A program made the position numbers and the translations under genes. A stretch of DNA of 57,063 nt, filler included, from Sphacelaria rigidula (lineage: Eukaryota), in assembly GCA_964200075.2 (NCBI GenBank). It is 8 parts of 8 records of this genome, joined end to end, with 100 filler letters (N's around TTAATTAATTAA, not from the genome) between each part and the next. Parts side by side here need not be neighbours in the genome. Positions count along the whole stretch, not along the records: positions 1 to 7,046 come from CAXNAA020016775.1; positions 7,147 to 14,192 come from CAXNAA020016776.1; 6 more parts are not named here. The stretch is one strand, 5' to 3'. Positions 1 to 12,463 of the stretch are shown in pieces. Under the pieces are notes generated by a model. That model was not told the origin of the DNA. It ran no database searches and saw only the letters and a program-made list of their open reading frames with translations. Position 1 is the stretch's first letter; each line of letters begins with the position of its first letter.

Positions 1-199
1 TTGTATCCACACAATATCTAGACTATACAGTAGTGTCGAGTGTGCATATCATCTGGCGCAGAGGCCGGAGGTATAGGCAGGAAGGCCACTGGACACCGCT
101 ATTATACGATCCATCTCGTCACTCGTCACATAATAATGCCAACCGCCCGTATTGCGCAACGAGCTCTTCGAATATTCGAAAAAATAATCTTGTTTTTTA

Positions 200-343
200 G
201 TTTCGTCGAAAAACCGACCGAGAAGTGCTCGGGTTCGGTTTCCTTTTTTTCGTTTTTTTCAAAAAACCGACCGAAACCGACCGACTTTTTCGAAAAACAG
301 CGAAAACCGACCGAGCCATTTCCATCTCCGGGTCACAACACTG
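200..343. repeat. Partial DNA-transposon end with repeated AAACCGACCG motifs, ending ...CACAACACTG (hAT-like terminus)
   Basis: Four AAACCGACCG copies plus an inverted TTCGGTTT, followed by a terminus whose reverse complement is CAGTGTTGTG. The matching other end was not found. Confidence 0.4.
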
Positions 344-489
344 TGCAACCACACTCGCCCAGAAAATGAACGTTCGTGCTCAGAACAATTTCAACAAAAA
401 GTTGTGAAGCCAAGCTATACACGGGTACACACGAATCTGAGTTTCACGAATCTGGGTCCCCCCGATTTGGCACAAATTCGAGTCCCGCC

Positions 490-797
490 AGATTCGGGAT
501 TGGCTGCCATACAAAGTGGTCTAACTGATGAAGAATCGGGAAAGTGACCCCCGACCATCGCGGCTTTCTTTTGCTTCGAAGGCTTTTTCGTGGGCGAGGG
601 ACAGGGTACACACACCAACTTGACAGTGACATCAATCCCGGCGACAACCCCTTCCCACTGGTCGTTCGGATGCACGATAAATTTCGCCTCGCCGTGATTG
701 GGCAGGTCGCTCCCAAACTTGTCATTACAGTACTTCGTACTTTGCACTATTTTACTAGTGCATGAACCCCTTACTACTGAGCTTCAGTCCCAAAAGG
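490..797 (-). mobile_element. Interspersed repeat family A, inverted copy of 3008-3290
   Basis: Reverse-complement similarity to 3008-3290, e.g. GCTTCGAAGGCTTTTTCG versus CGAAAAAGCCTTCGAAGC, and GAACCCCTT...GCTTCAGTC versus GACTGAAGC...AAGGGGTTC. Confidence 0.65.
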
Positions 798-1015
798 ATG
801 AAACATTATTCGGAGGGGGGGGGGGAATCAAGGGAACACGGTGTCGACACTACTGTGACATGGAAGCCTCACGCCCTCCTAAAGATTTACTGTGGGACAG
901 CTGGAGACAGCACTGTCGGCGCTGACCGTCCCATTCTATTCCGTACAACCCCCTCTCAGTGTATATTTTATGACTGCATGGTACGTGTCCTCAATCAGCG
1001 ACTGGCTGCTCTTAC

Positions 1016-1105
1016 ATTCTTATCAGGATGCCACACAAGCGCTTCCCTCCTGTAGGCCTTCTTGATGTCGCTAGAGCTTGCATCACGCCGAACGTTCAAA
1101 GCTAC
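1016..1105 (-). CDS. J-domain (DnaJ/Hsp40-type) protein, single internal exon
   Basis: 90-nt phase 0/0 exon between a CAG acceptor (1108-1106) and a GTAAG donor (1015-1011). It encodes [30 protein letters not shown], with the IKKAYR helix and HPD motif. Other exons were not identified. Confidence 0.85.
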
Positions 1106-1713
1106 CTGGGTATGCACATCAGTAGCAAAGCACACAACGAACCATCCACCATGTGCGGTCAGCACGCCAGGAAGAAATTCAGTCTCTCCTCCACACCCCA
1201 GAGACGACACACTTGTACAGCAGAGCAGCATAGTCAGATGTGCTGCCGTGAACCACCACAAGAAAAAAATACACGGCAAACCACTCGCTCTTTCAGCAAA
1301 ATAAGGTGAGTAGGCTTGCGCCGAGAAAAGTACACGCCATTGAGTGTCCCAAGCTGCAATTAGGCTCGGCTAAGCTTATGCGGCACACCTGGTCGTTGTA
1401 CTCCTGCTGTTGTCCTTTGTATGGAACAGATACAACAGTCAGGGGAGGACGATATACGCGGAGCGGGGCAATGTGTCTGTGAGTACGATGTCGAAATACA
1501 AATGTATGAACCCAAATAATTATCGCCATGTCTACCTTATACTCACATATAGACAACGAGTGGGTGCATGCGTACTGCCTCCACTAGCCCCGCTCATGCT
1601 TCTAGCTATTGCAGCTGGTACATGCGGGAGGTCTGCTCCTTGTTATCGAACGATTGGAACTTGTAGAGAAAATATTATAATTTAAATTATTTCAAACCGT
1701 GAAGTCGTGAAGT

Positions 1714-1780
1714 ACAACACTGACAGTCCCGTCTCACGAATACATCACAACACTGACAGTCCCGTCTCACGAACACATCA
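1714..1780 (+). repeat. 33-bp tandem duplication
   Basis: ACAACACTGACAGTCCCGTCTCACGAA(T/C)ACATC twice. Confidence 0.85.
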
Positions 1781-3007
1781 CAGAGTACACCTCAGAGAGT
1801 ATACGACCGCACTGTCCCACACTGTCTGTCGAGTATTCATGTGTCAAGTATGAAGAACAGAATGGTGATGAACGTGAGCATCCCAGCCGCAGCGGCAGCA
1901 CTGGCACTACTCATTCCCACCGCCGCGCTGCCGCATAGGTGCCATCATCAACATCGACACAGGAAGGTGACATCATCATCATCATCGCCGTCTGCGGGCC
2001 GAGCAGCCTTCGTTCACAGAGTTCCGTTTCTGCCCGCACTCGGTCGCGTTGCCACCCCTGCGGCGCAGTCCATGGATGGACCTGCCGAAAGTCAAGGTGC
2101 GATAAGATTGTAGCCATAGAACTGTGGGCGTTTGTGTACTGGTAGCGCTGCGTTGCACTATGCTTCGGTGTCGGTCGACACGTATTTGCTCCTTGCCGTA
2201 CTCATGCTCTGGCGCTGTGTGCACATATATGTTGATGCAACTTGGAAGCAGTATACAACGGTCGGTGGAGGACCGCACATTACAGCACAGAGTAGTGCAG
2301 TAGTGCACATACATCATGTAGCAACCCGCTACAGCGTTAACTCGGTTGACATACATCTCTGCGACAGATGTTACGGTGAGAGAGTTGTTACCTAGTGGAT
2401 GCGCTGCACAGGCTGCTGGATACCGTACGTATCGCTGACATTTCATCAGTACATGCCTCGATGGTTCTGTGTCTTCACGTTCTGGCAACCCGAACTTGCC
2501 CCGTTACGACCATCACAAACACCCTTGTAACCTGTATGTATGCCGTGCCATGCTGTGCTGTGCTACTCGTTAATCGTACTGCGGCCGATACCGTACTACT
2601 GCACCTCACTGCATTGCGTCATCCAATCCCCTGCAGAGATGGCAGGGTGTCTTCGTTTCCACGCCAACTTCGCACAGGTGTCGGATCGTCGTGGTACCCT
2701 CGCCAAAATCATACAAGAACTACTACAGTACACTACAAAGCAGCAGTGCACAGATAGTCTTTGCTGCCGAGTATCCAGGCGGATCCTCAGGCTTCCGTTT
2801 TAGAGTATATGTTTATAAACGCACATATAGTGGGGTCAACCCCAACTGCTGCTTACGGTGATCTTGTCTGCAGTCCGACTTCCATGAATACAAAAACAAC
2901 ATACCCCAGTTGCTCGCAATGAAGTATCATATATATATATATATATATGTCATACGGGGTATAACACTCATGACAAGAGGAAACCTGAACATCGATTACC
3001 GGCTCAA

Positions 3008-3500
3008 CCCTTTCGAGACTGAAGCTCACTAACAAGGGGTTCACTATTTGTTCGTAAAATAATAATTAACAAGTCTGCAAGCGACCTGTCCAATCAGGGC
3101 GAGGTGAAATTTATCGACCACATCAGAACGACCAGTGGGGGGGCTGTTGCCGGGAGTGACGTCACTGCAAGGTTGGTGTACCCTGTCCCTGGCCAACGAA
3201 AAAGCCTTCGAAGCAAAAGAAATCCCGAATTGTCGGGGCTCGGATTCCCGATTCTTTCATCATTTAGGCCAGATGTTTTGGCAAACAGATTTTTCGCACA
3301 CGGATTGTTCACTTTTGGGACGTTTGACCCACTTTTTGACCCCCGAGCCAAGAAAACCGCCAACACGTCTCGGACACTTTCACACGTCGGACGGATCACT
3401 TTCTATAGGATGCGGGTCATACAGCTCAAGTGTGAACATACATATGTACCCGATTCGGGTGATTCAGTTCAACTAGTTATAGAACGGTCCTCGTGATCCG
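3008..3500 (+). mobile_element. Interspersed repeat family A (non-autonomous DNA-transposon-like, possibly piggyBac-like end)
   Basis: Starts CCCTTTCGAGACTG after TCAA. Homologous in inverted orientation to 490-797 and to 5660-5785. Confidence 0.6.
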
Positions 3501-3659
3501 GATCTCATCGATCAAGGGGGAGGTTACTTGTACGGCACTGGGCCGACAGATAGGGGCACGATTTATGAGTTGCAAAGTTTCTCGACCAATCAGAGTCTTT
3601 GAATACACCACAATGCGGCGACCTTTCTTCAAACAGATGAGAGATATGAAAAGCATGTA

Positions 3660-3912
3660 AGTAAAAAAAGCAGCTTTGATTGGTCCACACATTGCACCGC
3701 TGCGACACAGACAGCTGCTACCGGCATTAAACGAGGATACAGCAGCTCCGTGCTGGGTGAGTTTGTTTATCCCAACCTGCACGCACCCTCCTGGCGTGTT
3801 TCCCCCGATCACAGCACCCGACTATAATTGAAGTACCAGAGAAGACTCAACAGACAGCTGTACAGCCGTCATGTGACGATTGTTTCAACATTTCTTTGTT
3901 CCGACAGCACCT
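3660..3912 (+). repeat. Interspersed repeat family B (copy 1)
   Basis: Colinear similarity to 50575-50829 (CAGCTGCTACCGGCA...GAGGATACAGCAGCTCC...GAGAAGACTCAACAGACAGCTGTACAGCCGTCA). Confidence 0.8.
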
Positions 3913-4546
3913 TGATCCCACCCCAATTCTGTGCAGCCCGAAACACGGCATGCAGCAGTACGCACTCTCCAGTGCACATCGCACCGTGATCGTCGTAAAG
4001 TGTTTAGATGCCCAACAGCACAGCGAGAACTACAGTATAGAAATGATGGGTTTGGGGAGCGCCTTATTCCTTTGACTCGAGACGAAACAGCCAACGCACC
4101 ATGAACGTTTCAACGGTGTGTAGAGAGCACTGCGTGCCGACAACATTATTTTTCATAGAGACGAACGGAATTACAGTATGAAGCAACTCAGGCACTCCCA
4201 GCAGAGATCAAACCGTCTCCACAAAGGCCTGAAGACGCCACAGCGCAGCGACACCTACAACACACAAGACAGAGCATGAGTGTGTTTGTGCTGCAGCACA
4301 GTGGTACAGGACATGTCCTATTCGATAGTTCTTTCCCTAATTTCAGGTGGGTCCTCGATTTTTGCCCAGTGGCGATTTTCAAACGCTCGGCCATAGTTGC
4401 GCTTCGCGCGAAAATGTTTTATTTCACTTTGAGTTACCCCTATCTGTGGGAAGAGAGCCATTTGTACGGGTTATGAGGATACACAGGTTCTTCTTGACGT
4501 TTCGGTAACACCTGATTCGGATTACAGAAGGTGTGCCGAAGGAAAT

Positions 4547-4697
4547 CATGTACAGATACTCGGGTCATACAGATCATCATCAGACAGACATGTACGGATC
4601 GCACGGGTAGTACAGGCCATCATCACACAGACATGTACGGATCGCACGGGTCATACAGGTCGTAATGGGACAGATATGTACGAATCACACGGGTTGG
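4547..4697 (+). repeat. ~43-bp tandem repeat, about 3.5 copies
   Basis: Repeated CAGACATGTACGGATCGCACGGGT unit. Related degenerate units occur at 3400-3470 and 5290-5440. Confidence 0.75.
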
Positions 4698-5140
4698 CAG
4701 GTGAGGAATACTGGATACTGTTTATTGTATACTTCATTCGGATGCGCTGACAGTGCACATCTTCAGAAAAAATATGCAGCCCTACCGTGGAACCACCCGG
4801 AATAAAGTATGCGTACTTTATGATTCACATGCCCGGGTTGCTACAGCCAACATACGGACTTGTGAATATGCACATTGTACCAGAGCCAGGTTAGCAAGTG
4901 AGGACTACTGAAAACTGTGTATTGTATACTTCATTCGGATTCACCGACAGTGCACATCTTCGGAAAAAATATGCAGCCCTAGCGTGGAAGCACTCAGAAT
5001 AAAATATACATACTTCATGTTCCATATGCCCGGGTTGCTACAGCCAGCGTCCGGACTTGTAAAACGCATTGTACCCGGGCCATACACGTGAACAGGTGAG
5101 GGAGCTGAATACTGTTCTCTAGCATACTTTATCCGGATCT
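4698..5140 (+). repeat. ~197-bp tandem repeat, about 2.2 copies
   Basis: GCA(G/A)GTGAGG...TTGTATACTTCATTCGGAT...GCCCGGGTTGCTACAGCCA at 4698 and 4895, with a partial third copy at ~5092. Confidence 0.85.
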
Positions 5141-5659
5141 TATGGGTGCGGGAAAGGGTTTCTTGTACACTAGATTCGGATTCCACAGGTAAGGGGTAAC
5201 TTTTGGTGTAGATGAGATTCGAATCGCACGGGTCGACGACAAGCTACTGCGCTTGCCTGATCCGAGTGATATAAATGACAACTATGTGATGTTGTACAGA
5301 TGACACGGGTCTGTAGATCAGTTGTGCACGAAAGTGTGTGTGTGAACCGGGTCGTACAGCTCGTCGCTCGGCAAACATGTACGGGTCAAGCGGGTCCTAC
5401 GGATCAGCATCGGAGAAACGTGTACGGGTGAAGGCTCACCTCGGACGGATCATGATCTATGCCCCAAATGAGCTGACCCGGATCTGTCACGAGCTGATCC
5501 GTCCGACGTGTGGACACTTTGCATCACCCCACAGAGAGGAGCCTAGTCTGGTTTTCAGATTCGCTCGGCTCCGAGGTTTCGAGATTAGCCGCTGAACAAA
5601 AAGATGTGCGCAAAAATCTGTGCTTGCCGGCCCCCGTCAGTTTGGCTCTGTGGGGTGAT

Positions 5660-5785
5660 GCAGAGTGTCCGAGACGTGTGTTGGCGGTTTTCTTGGCTTG
5701 GGGGTGAAAAGGTGGCTCAAACGTCCCAAAAGTGAACAATCCGTAGGCCAAAAATCTGTTTGCCATAACATCCGACCTTATTACT
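5660..5785 (-). repeat. Repeat family A fragment, inverted relative to 3266-3380
   Basis: GTGTCCGAGACG...TTGGCGGTTTTCTTGGCT...AAACGTCCCAAAAGTGAACAATCCG matches the reverse complement of 3266-3380. Confidence 0.75.
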
Positions 5786-5877
5786 TGCATTTTATGTATG
5801 CCGGACCTCCCATTCCCCGATTTTTTTGGGTCACCATCTTATAGTAAATAAACCCTAGTTGATAACACTAACACTTA

Positions 5878-6215
5878 GTGTGTGTTGTCATCCCATTTAT
5901 TCTAGGCGCTTGTCTACCCTTTTTCGGGGTATGTGGACACATCAGCTGGGGTCACACAGGAGCTTTTTCTTTTCTATTTGTTTTTAGTACCCCCCCTTCC
6001 TTCTGCGGTGCTGGCCTTTTATTTTTTTTTTCGCGAGAGGGGTTCGGCAGTCCCTGTCCCTCGTCAACCGTCAAGTCGAATTTTGTGTCCCCACAACATA
6101 GTCGCCCTCCACTGTTGAGCATGGTATAAGAAAAAATCCCAGATCCCTCCGGGATTCGAACCCCACAACTTAATCACCAGAAGGTCACGAGATTACCATC
6201 TGAGCCACCGGGCGC
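5878..6215 (-). mobile_element. tRNA-derived SINE, family 1
   Basis: Minus strand begins CGCCCGGTGGCTCAGATGG (pol III A box) ... GGTTCGAATCC (B box). The body is shared with 35993-36351 and 42252-42773 and ends GGGATGACAACACAC. Confidence 0.8.
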
Positions 6216-7046
6216 TCGGTGGAAAACCGGGAAAAAATGTACCCTACTATACATGTGATCATGTTCACAAGGCGACTAAATGTAGCTACGCAGTGCAACG
6301 AGAGACGGAGCTAGAGCCATGAGTTCTGCGTATCCCTCTGTCGAGGCGGTACAAGCGGCGGTGAGGTCGTATGTAATCGACGGTATCGAACTTGCGATGT
6401 ATAAGCAGCTCATCTCTGTCGCGGAGAACTGCCCAGAACATGTGAGGGAGTATGCAGCGCCATAGCCGCTGCTGCGCTGTACTGTATCTGCGGCGCAATG
6501 GCCATGCCGTTCGAAGAGAATTTGCCACTTGCAACAAAGAGGGAAATCGCGACCCACCCCGACCACAAAGGGCTGTGTAGCAAGGTGATGGGGACAATAT
6601 TCCAGGCCACAAGTGGCGGGCGGCGGTTGCCACATCCTGTCGAAAGCTCTCCACGGCGACTCATACTGCTTGATGCATCTGTACATTCCCTGATGCGCAC
6701 AACCCCCGAATTATAGTACAGGCACTTTGTACCAACACCTGAAAATAGATCGGACGAAACTTTCGGTCTTCATCTGAACCTGCCGTTACATACATACGTG
6801 GATATTTAGCAACATGAAGCCTCTGTTTCATGCATATGCGGGACGCGTCATTCCTAACCAACCCCATTGGTCGTTCTGGAGGCCCAGTCCCAAAAGGGCC
6901 AAGTTGTAGCATTTTTACTGTTTTTGCCGCAACTTCAACTTCCTGTCTTTGTTTTTCTTCCTCTACTCCGATTTTTTGCCTGCCTGTGACCACGGAAGGC
7001 GTCCGCATCAGATGCCCAGTACGAATGTACCGCGCAGATATCGGAA

Positions 7047-7146
7047 NNNNNNNNNNNNNNNNNNNNNNNNNNNNNNNNNNNNNNNNNNNNTTAATTAATT
7101 AANNNNNNNNNNNNNNNNNNNNNNNNNNNNNNNNNNNNNNNNNNNN
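7047..7146. other. Artificial contig spacer N44-TTAATTAATTAA-N44; also at 14193-14292, 21339-21438, 28484-28583, 35629-35728, 42774-42873 and 49919-50018
   Basis: An identical 100-bp six-frame-stop linker recurs every 7145-7146 bp. Confidence 0.98.
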
Positions 7147-10100
7147 AGATAAGGGTACCAGGAGAGCGGGGAACGAAGGACTTCTTCGCAGAGAACATCT
7201 ACATGCCCCCAGAATCGAAAAGTAGGGTGGACGGTATTCAGCGTAGGTTTGGAGAGATAGCAGCAGATGCTGTGCATAAGTATTAAAAGCAAGGAGAAGT
7301 GATGTCAGCGGGAGATTTGAATGCAAGGGTAGGAAAATCAGGTCAACCGGGTGATATCATTGGGCAATACGGGGAAGATACGAAGAACACGAATGGGGGT
7401 AGAAATGCTGAAGTTCCTTGAGCATAACGAGATGAAGACGCTGAACGAAAGAGTACAAAAGCCAAAGGCGCAATGGACATGGACGAGGCAATGCACACGA
7501 AAAAAGAGAGAGCGTTCCGTTCTGGACTATATATTTGTAAAGCATGGAAATAGTAAAGAAATGGAAGTACATGTATGCGCGGCGGACATGAGAACCACAA
7601 ATCACTGCCTGATATGGACAGAAAGTCAACAGAGAAGAGCTGAAAGAAATAGGCGGGGTAGGAAGATGTACAAATCGAGAATCGAAAAACTCGATATGGA
7701 AGAACAACAGCAAGAGTTCCAAGAGGAGATGACCAAAACTGCAGTGAAGGTTTCCGAGCTGTTGGAACGCGTAGGTACAGTTGATACGGAAATGAAGAGA
7801 AATCGGACAGGAGCGAAGATTGTAGAAGGATGGGAGCAGCTGGTCAAGAACGCAGCGAGTAAAGTCATAGGGAGGAAACTGATGGTATGCAACAGAGGAG
7901 TACAATGGTGGGATGAGGAAGTGAAAGAGGCTACCAGAGTAAGGAGAGAGGCCCACGCGAGATGGATGTCGAGCAAAAGTACGGTAGGATGGCAGGAGCA
8001 TACCAAAGCTCGAAAAGAAGTACAAAATATGGTACGGACGAAAAAGAAGGAAGTATGGGAAGACGTAGTGAATATAACGAATGAAGATTTCGACGGCGGG
8101 ATGAAACAAATGTGGGTAGGAATAAAAGGGGTTATGGGAAACCAGGCAAGAAACATAGACGACGGGATAGCCACACTACGGGCACAGAACGGTAGAATGG
8201 TCAGCAGTTCGAAGGGGAAGAGAGGAGTGCTAGTCGAGCACTACCGTAAACTAGAAACATCAAAAACTGACACGAAGTTCAACACGGAATTCGAGAAAGA
8301 GATCAACGAATGAGCAGGAGCAAATGTAGAGACGTCGAAACGGAAGAATAGTGGCTCGAAAGAATTACAGAGAAAATATATGAGAGATGAAGTAAAGGAA
8401 TGCGTAGCTAAACTCAAGAACAAAAGGCAGCAGGGGCAGACGGAATAGTGAATGAATTTCTGAAGCATCGAGGGGAAGAAATGATTCCCATGATGGTTAT
8501 GCTGTACAACTGGATATGGGACAACGAGTACATACACAAGAGGCGGAAAGAAGTAGTAGCCGTCAATCTTTTCAAAAAGGAAGACTAACCTGGCCCCGGA
8601 AATATAGAGGGACAGCGCTACTGAGCACGGTAGGGAAAACGTTCTGTAAGATTCTGAAAGATAGAGCAGGAACGATGCTAGAAAAAGACGAGAAAATCAG
8701 CGAGGGACAAGCAGGTTTTAGACCAAACCGTAGTTGCGTAGACCATGTGTATACACTAGGTAAAATTATTCAAGGTAGGCAAGACGCCGGGCTGACAACG
8801 TACTGCTTTTTTCTGGACGTGAAAAAGGTTTATGGCACAGTTTGGAGGAATGGGCTGTGGAAAAAGTTATGGGAAGCTGGGATCAGAGGAAAGATGCGGA
8901 GGATGGTAAAGAAGATGATAGAATGCGCCAAAAGTGCCATGATGTTAGACGGGAAAATATCGAAACATTTTGATATCTTACAAGGAGATACAGAAGGATG
9001 GACGAAATCACCCACTTTATTCAAGGTATTCATTGATGACTTGATAGTAGCGATATAATCAGCAAATCAAGGGGCGAAGGTGGGTGAAGATGTGATATCA
9101 GGTTTGATGTTCGCGGATGATTTTGTGGGGATTTCAGGAACACCAGAAGGATGCAAAAACGGATAGACAAGGGGCTAGAATACACTAGGAAATGGAGAGT
9201 AACGACGAGTGTTAACAAGTGCGCGGTACTGGTCTGTAACGAAGATAAGAAAAACCCGGTAAAGTTCAAGTGGAAGTGGGGAGGAGAGGAACTGCCGATC
9301 GTAGACCAGTATACAAACCTTGGCGTAGAGATCTCAAGGAGCTGTTCTTGGGTTGCACACGTAGACAAAGCAATAAAACAGGGTAAGGCACAGATAGGCA
9401 GAATGGACGTGGTCCTCAGAGACTCGCATCTCGACACCAGGATTAAGAGAAGAATCCCGATGAACGTGATCGTACCAAAGCTGGACTATGCAGCAGAACT
9501 ATGGGAGAGGAACGTGAAATTGGTGAAAAAGTCAGAAACAGTACAGATGGCAGCAGCTAAGAAGATACTTGGATGCTCGAAGACGACGAGAAATACAGCT
9601 TTCAGAGCAGAGTTGGGAATGTACGCACTTGAAACAAACAGAAACATGAGGAAGTTGAGGTGCCAATATAGCGTAAAGAACATGCAGAGAAAGAAATAGC
9701 CAACTCTAGTTGGTAGGGCTGTATGGAAGAAAAGGACGAAAGGGAAGGCTAGAGTAGGGTGGGACAAAGAAGTCGAGAAAGTGTGGAAAGAGATAGGCGG
9801 AGACCAAGACGAAATACTGTCCATCGGTGAAGGCGCGGGGTACAAGACAAACGTAAGAGACATGATGAAAATATGGGGGAAAGGAGCGCTCACACGCAAG
9901 GTAGACGAGGAAGAACACCTCGAGATATACCGGGGGTTGCGAGAGGGGATACGGATGAAAAGATACCTGCATGGCGCCATGGACGCGGCGAAAAATCTGA
10001 AACTGCGATCTCGGTTGGGGGACCTAGACCTGCCAGAAAGAAGAAAGAGATACACCAGTAGTCGGGTGGAGGAGGAAGTAGATGGACATAATTGCCTCTG

Positions 10101-10534
10101 TGACAAAGCAATAGAGGGCAGAAGTCATGTAGTGGCAGAATGTGAACTATACAAGGAGGAACAGGACGTGATAGAGACGGAAATGCGGGACGTGAACGAA
10201 GGCGGCATGGAATCGTTTGATGCGTTAGACAGTAGGGGAAAACGATGGCTATACTAGGAGATAGATGGTGGCCAGAGACGGCGAAACAGGGCGGGGATAA
10301 GATATGTAAAAGGTTTTTGTGTCATGTTTGGACGAAACGTAATGGGCGCCGGAATGTTGGAGGTGTCTCTGTTGGGAGTAGGAACGGTGCTCCGTCTCGA
10401 AAAAGGGATGCGTGGTCAATGGTCACACGACTAAGGAGGGCAACAAGTGAGTACGCACCCCCCCACACGATCTTCCCGTGCCGGATTACCGGACCTCCCT
10501 CTGGTCAACCCCTCCCACGCCGCAGAAGAAAAAT
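7147..10534 (+). mobile_element. Non-LTR retrotransposon (LINE), APE-endonuclease C-terminus + reverse transcriptase + C-terminal CCHC; inactivated
   Basis: APE motifs SVLDYIFV and TNHCLIW. RT motifs RGTALLSTVGKTF, QAGFRPNRSCVDH, FLDVKK, QG...SPTLF..FIDDL, LMFADD (~9105-9122) and YTNLGV. Terminal CLCDKAIEGRSHVVAEC. Split over several ORFs by stops and frameshifts; 5' end cut by the contig start. Confidence 0.92.
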
Positions 10535-10829
10535 NNNNNNNNNNGCCCCGCCGAAAAAGAGAGTGGGGGGGAAAGGGACACACACAAAGAGAGGGAAAAA
10601 AAAAAAGAGCCCCCCCCCCCCCCCCCCCCCCTTTGACTCCTTGGTTTGCTGCTTCTTCTACTACCATCATGACATTAACAGTCGACCAAAAAAATGAGGA
10701 TTGAGATTTTCGTTGAGGATGATAAGCCGAAAAATTCAAATCTTCGTATCCACACCAGTTGTTCGAGTATGGTTACATTCCTCACCTACTGGTAGCTATC
10801 GACAACTACTACACGTCATATAGGTTTGG

Positions 10830-12440
10830 ATTCCGGTAACCAAAATTTTGGGGCCCCAGGCGAACGATAAATCAACGAAAAATATATACTACTTCGCAAC
10901 AACATACATCCTTTTACAATTCCCTGAAAAATCAAATTATGAAGATATTGCCCACCCAGCATCGTGCCACTTTTCGCACATTCTGCCATCCTCTTACCGT
11001 TTCCCACACCTTTCCTCTAATTCCAGTTTCCCACATCTTTTTCTACAGCCCATTTCTTCATGCGGTACTTCAACCATTCTGTACGTCTAGAGAAAAATAG
11101 CACATTAGCTCTGCGTCTTTCCTACTTCTGACAATTCTTCCTGGTGTGTACACATTGTCTACGAGGCTCCGGTTTGGTCTAAACCCTGTTTCCCCCTCAC
11201 TGGTATTTCCTTCCTCCTCCAGCATCGTTCCCACGCTATCGTTCGGAATTTTGCAGAAAGTTTCTTCACAGTGCTCAGTAGCGTTATCCCCTATATTCCC
11301 TGGGTCGGTCTTGCCTCCTTTCTCGAAAATGATTACTACTCCTCTCCATTGTGTACTCGTTTTCCCAGACAGACTCGATTACGCAACATATTCATGGAGG
11401 TGGTCATTCTCTTGCCCCACGTATACTTCGTAAGTTCATCCACATCTGCCCCTGCTGCACTTGTATTCTTGAGTGTAGCCACATACCGCTTCACTTCGCC
11501 TCTTGTACACTCTCTCTGCATCTGCTTTTGAGCCACTGTCTTCCCCCTTCGATGCCTCTACATTTGCCTCCGCCCACACGTCCATTTCTTTTTATCGAAT
11601 TCCGTCGAACCTCTTGATAACTGTTGGCGTTCCTAGTCTTCGGTACAAAAGTGCATTACTTACATTATTCTTCTTCTTCTCCTTCTTCTTCTTCTCCTTC
11701 TTCTTCTTTTTATTATTATAGTACTCATCTTTCCTTCCTCGAACCACTAACCAGCTTATCGTTTCGTGCTCTTCTACTGTGTCTATCTTCTTGTCTGTCT
11801 CCCCTGCCTGTTTGCCCCCAATATCTCTTTTATCCTTACCCACATTTGCTTCATCCCACCATCAAAATCTTCACTTGTTGCAACAACTATATCTTTCCAT
11901 GTTCCCTTCTTTTTCTCTCTCTAGCATATTTTCTACCTCTTTTCTAGCTTGAGCATACTCTTCGCACCCTGCCGCAGTTTAGCTCGATTTACATCATTTG
12001 TGGACCTTTCTCCCTACTTCAATAGCCTCTTTTATTTCCTCATAACAGCATTTTACTGCTCTATCGCATTCAATCAGTTTCCTCTCTATGACCTTACTGG
12101 CCGTGATCTTGACCAATAACTCTCGTCCTTTCATAACCTGTGCTTCTGTCCGATCCCTTCCTACTTCGTATCAGGTATTACCTTGTTGTCCAACAACTCA
12201 GGAAATTTCCCTGCGTTCTTGATGATTTCTCCTTGCAAATCTTGCTATATTTATTTATTTCTGGTTAATCTATTCTCCATTTGTACAACTTCCTACCTCG
12301 GGTATTTTTTACATTCTTCGTTTGCTGGCTGTCTGCCCATGTTTGGCACTGATCCGTGGTTTTAAGCCCGCTGCGCATACGTGTAGTTCCGTTTCCTCAC
12401 TTATTCCATATTCTATCACTATATATGCCACACGCGGCCA
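10830..12440 (-). mobile_element. Second, more decayed copy of the same LINE family (linker plus RT N-terminal half)
   Basis: Minus-strand remnants align with 7550-9080 (YRRLGTP, EVKRYVATLKN..AAGAD, GFRPNRS, MAECAKS). Confidence 0.85.
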
Positions 12441-12463
12441 TTCGGCTCACCCCTCCGTTCCTG

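Noticed and set aside
490-3290. Pack-type transposon capturing the J-domain exon between inverted repeats
   Set aside because: The apparent element termini (797 and 3008) face the exon, so the exon lies outside both copies. Two independent intronic insertions explain it better.
7091-7102. TTAATTAATTAA as a biological motif
   Set aside because: It is an artificial six-frame stop linker, always centred in the N spacers.
7357-8174. Long minus-strand ORFs (250 and 182 aa) and similar shadows at 9486-10106 and 15139-15837
   Set aside because: They are antisense shadows of retroelement coding sequence.
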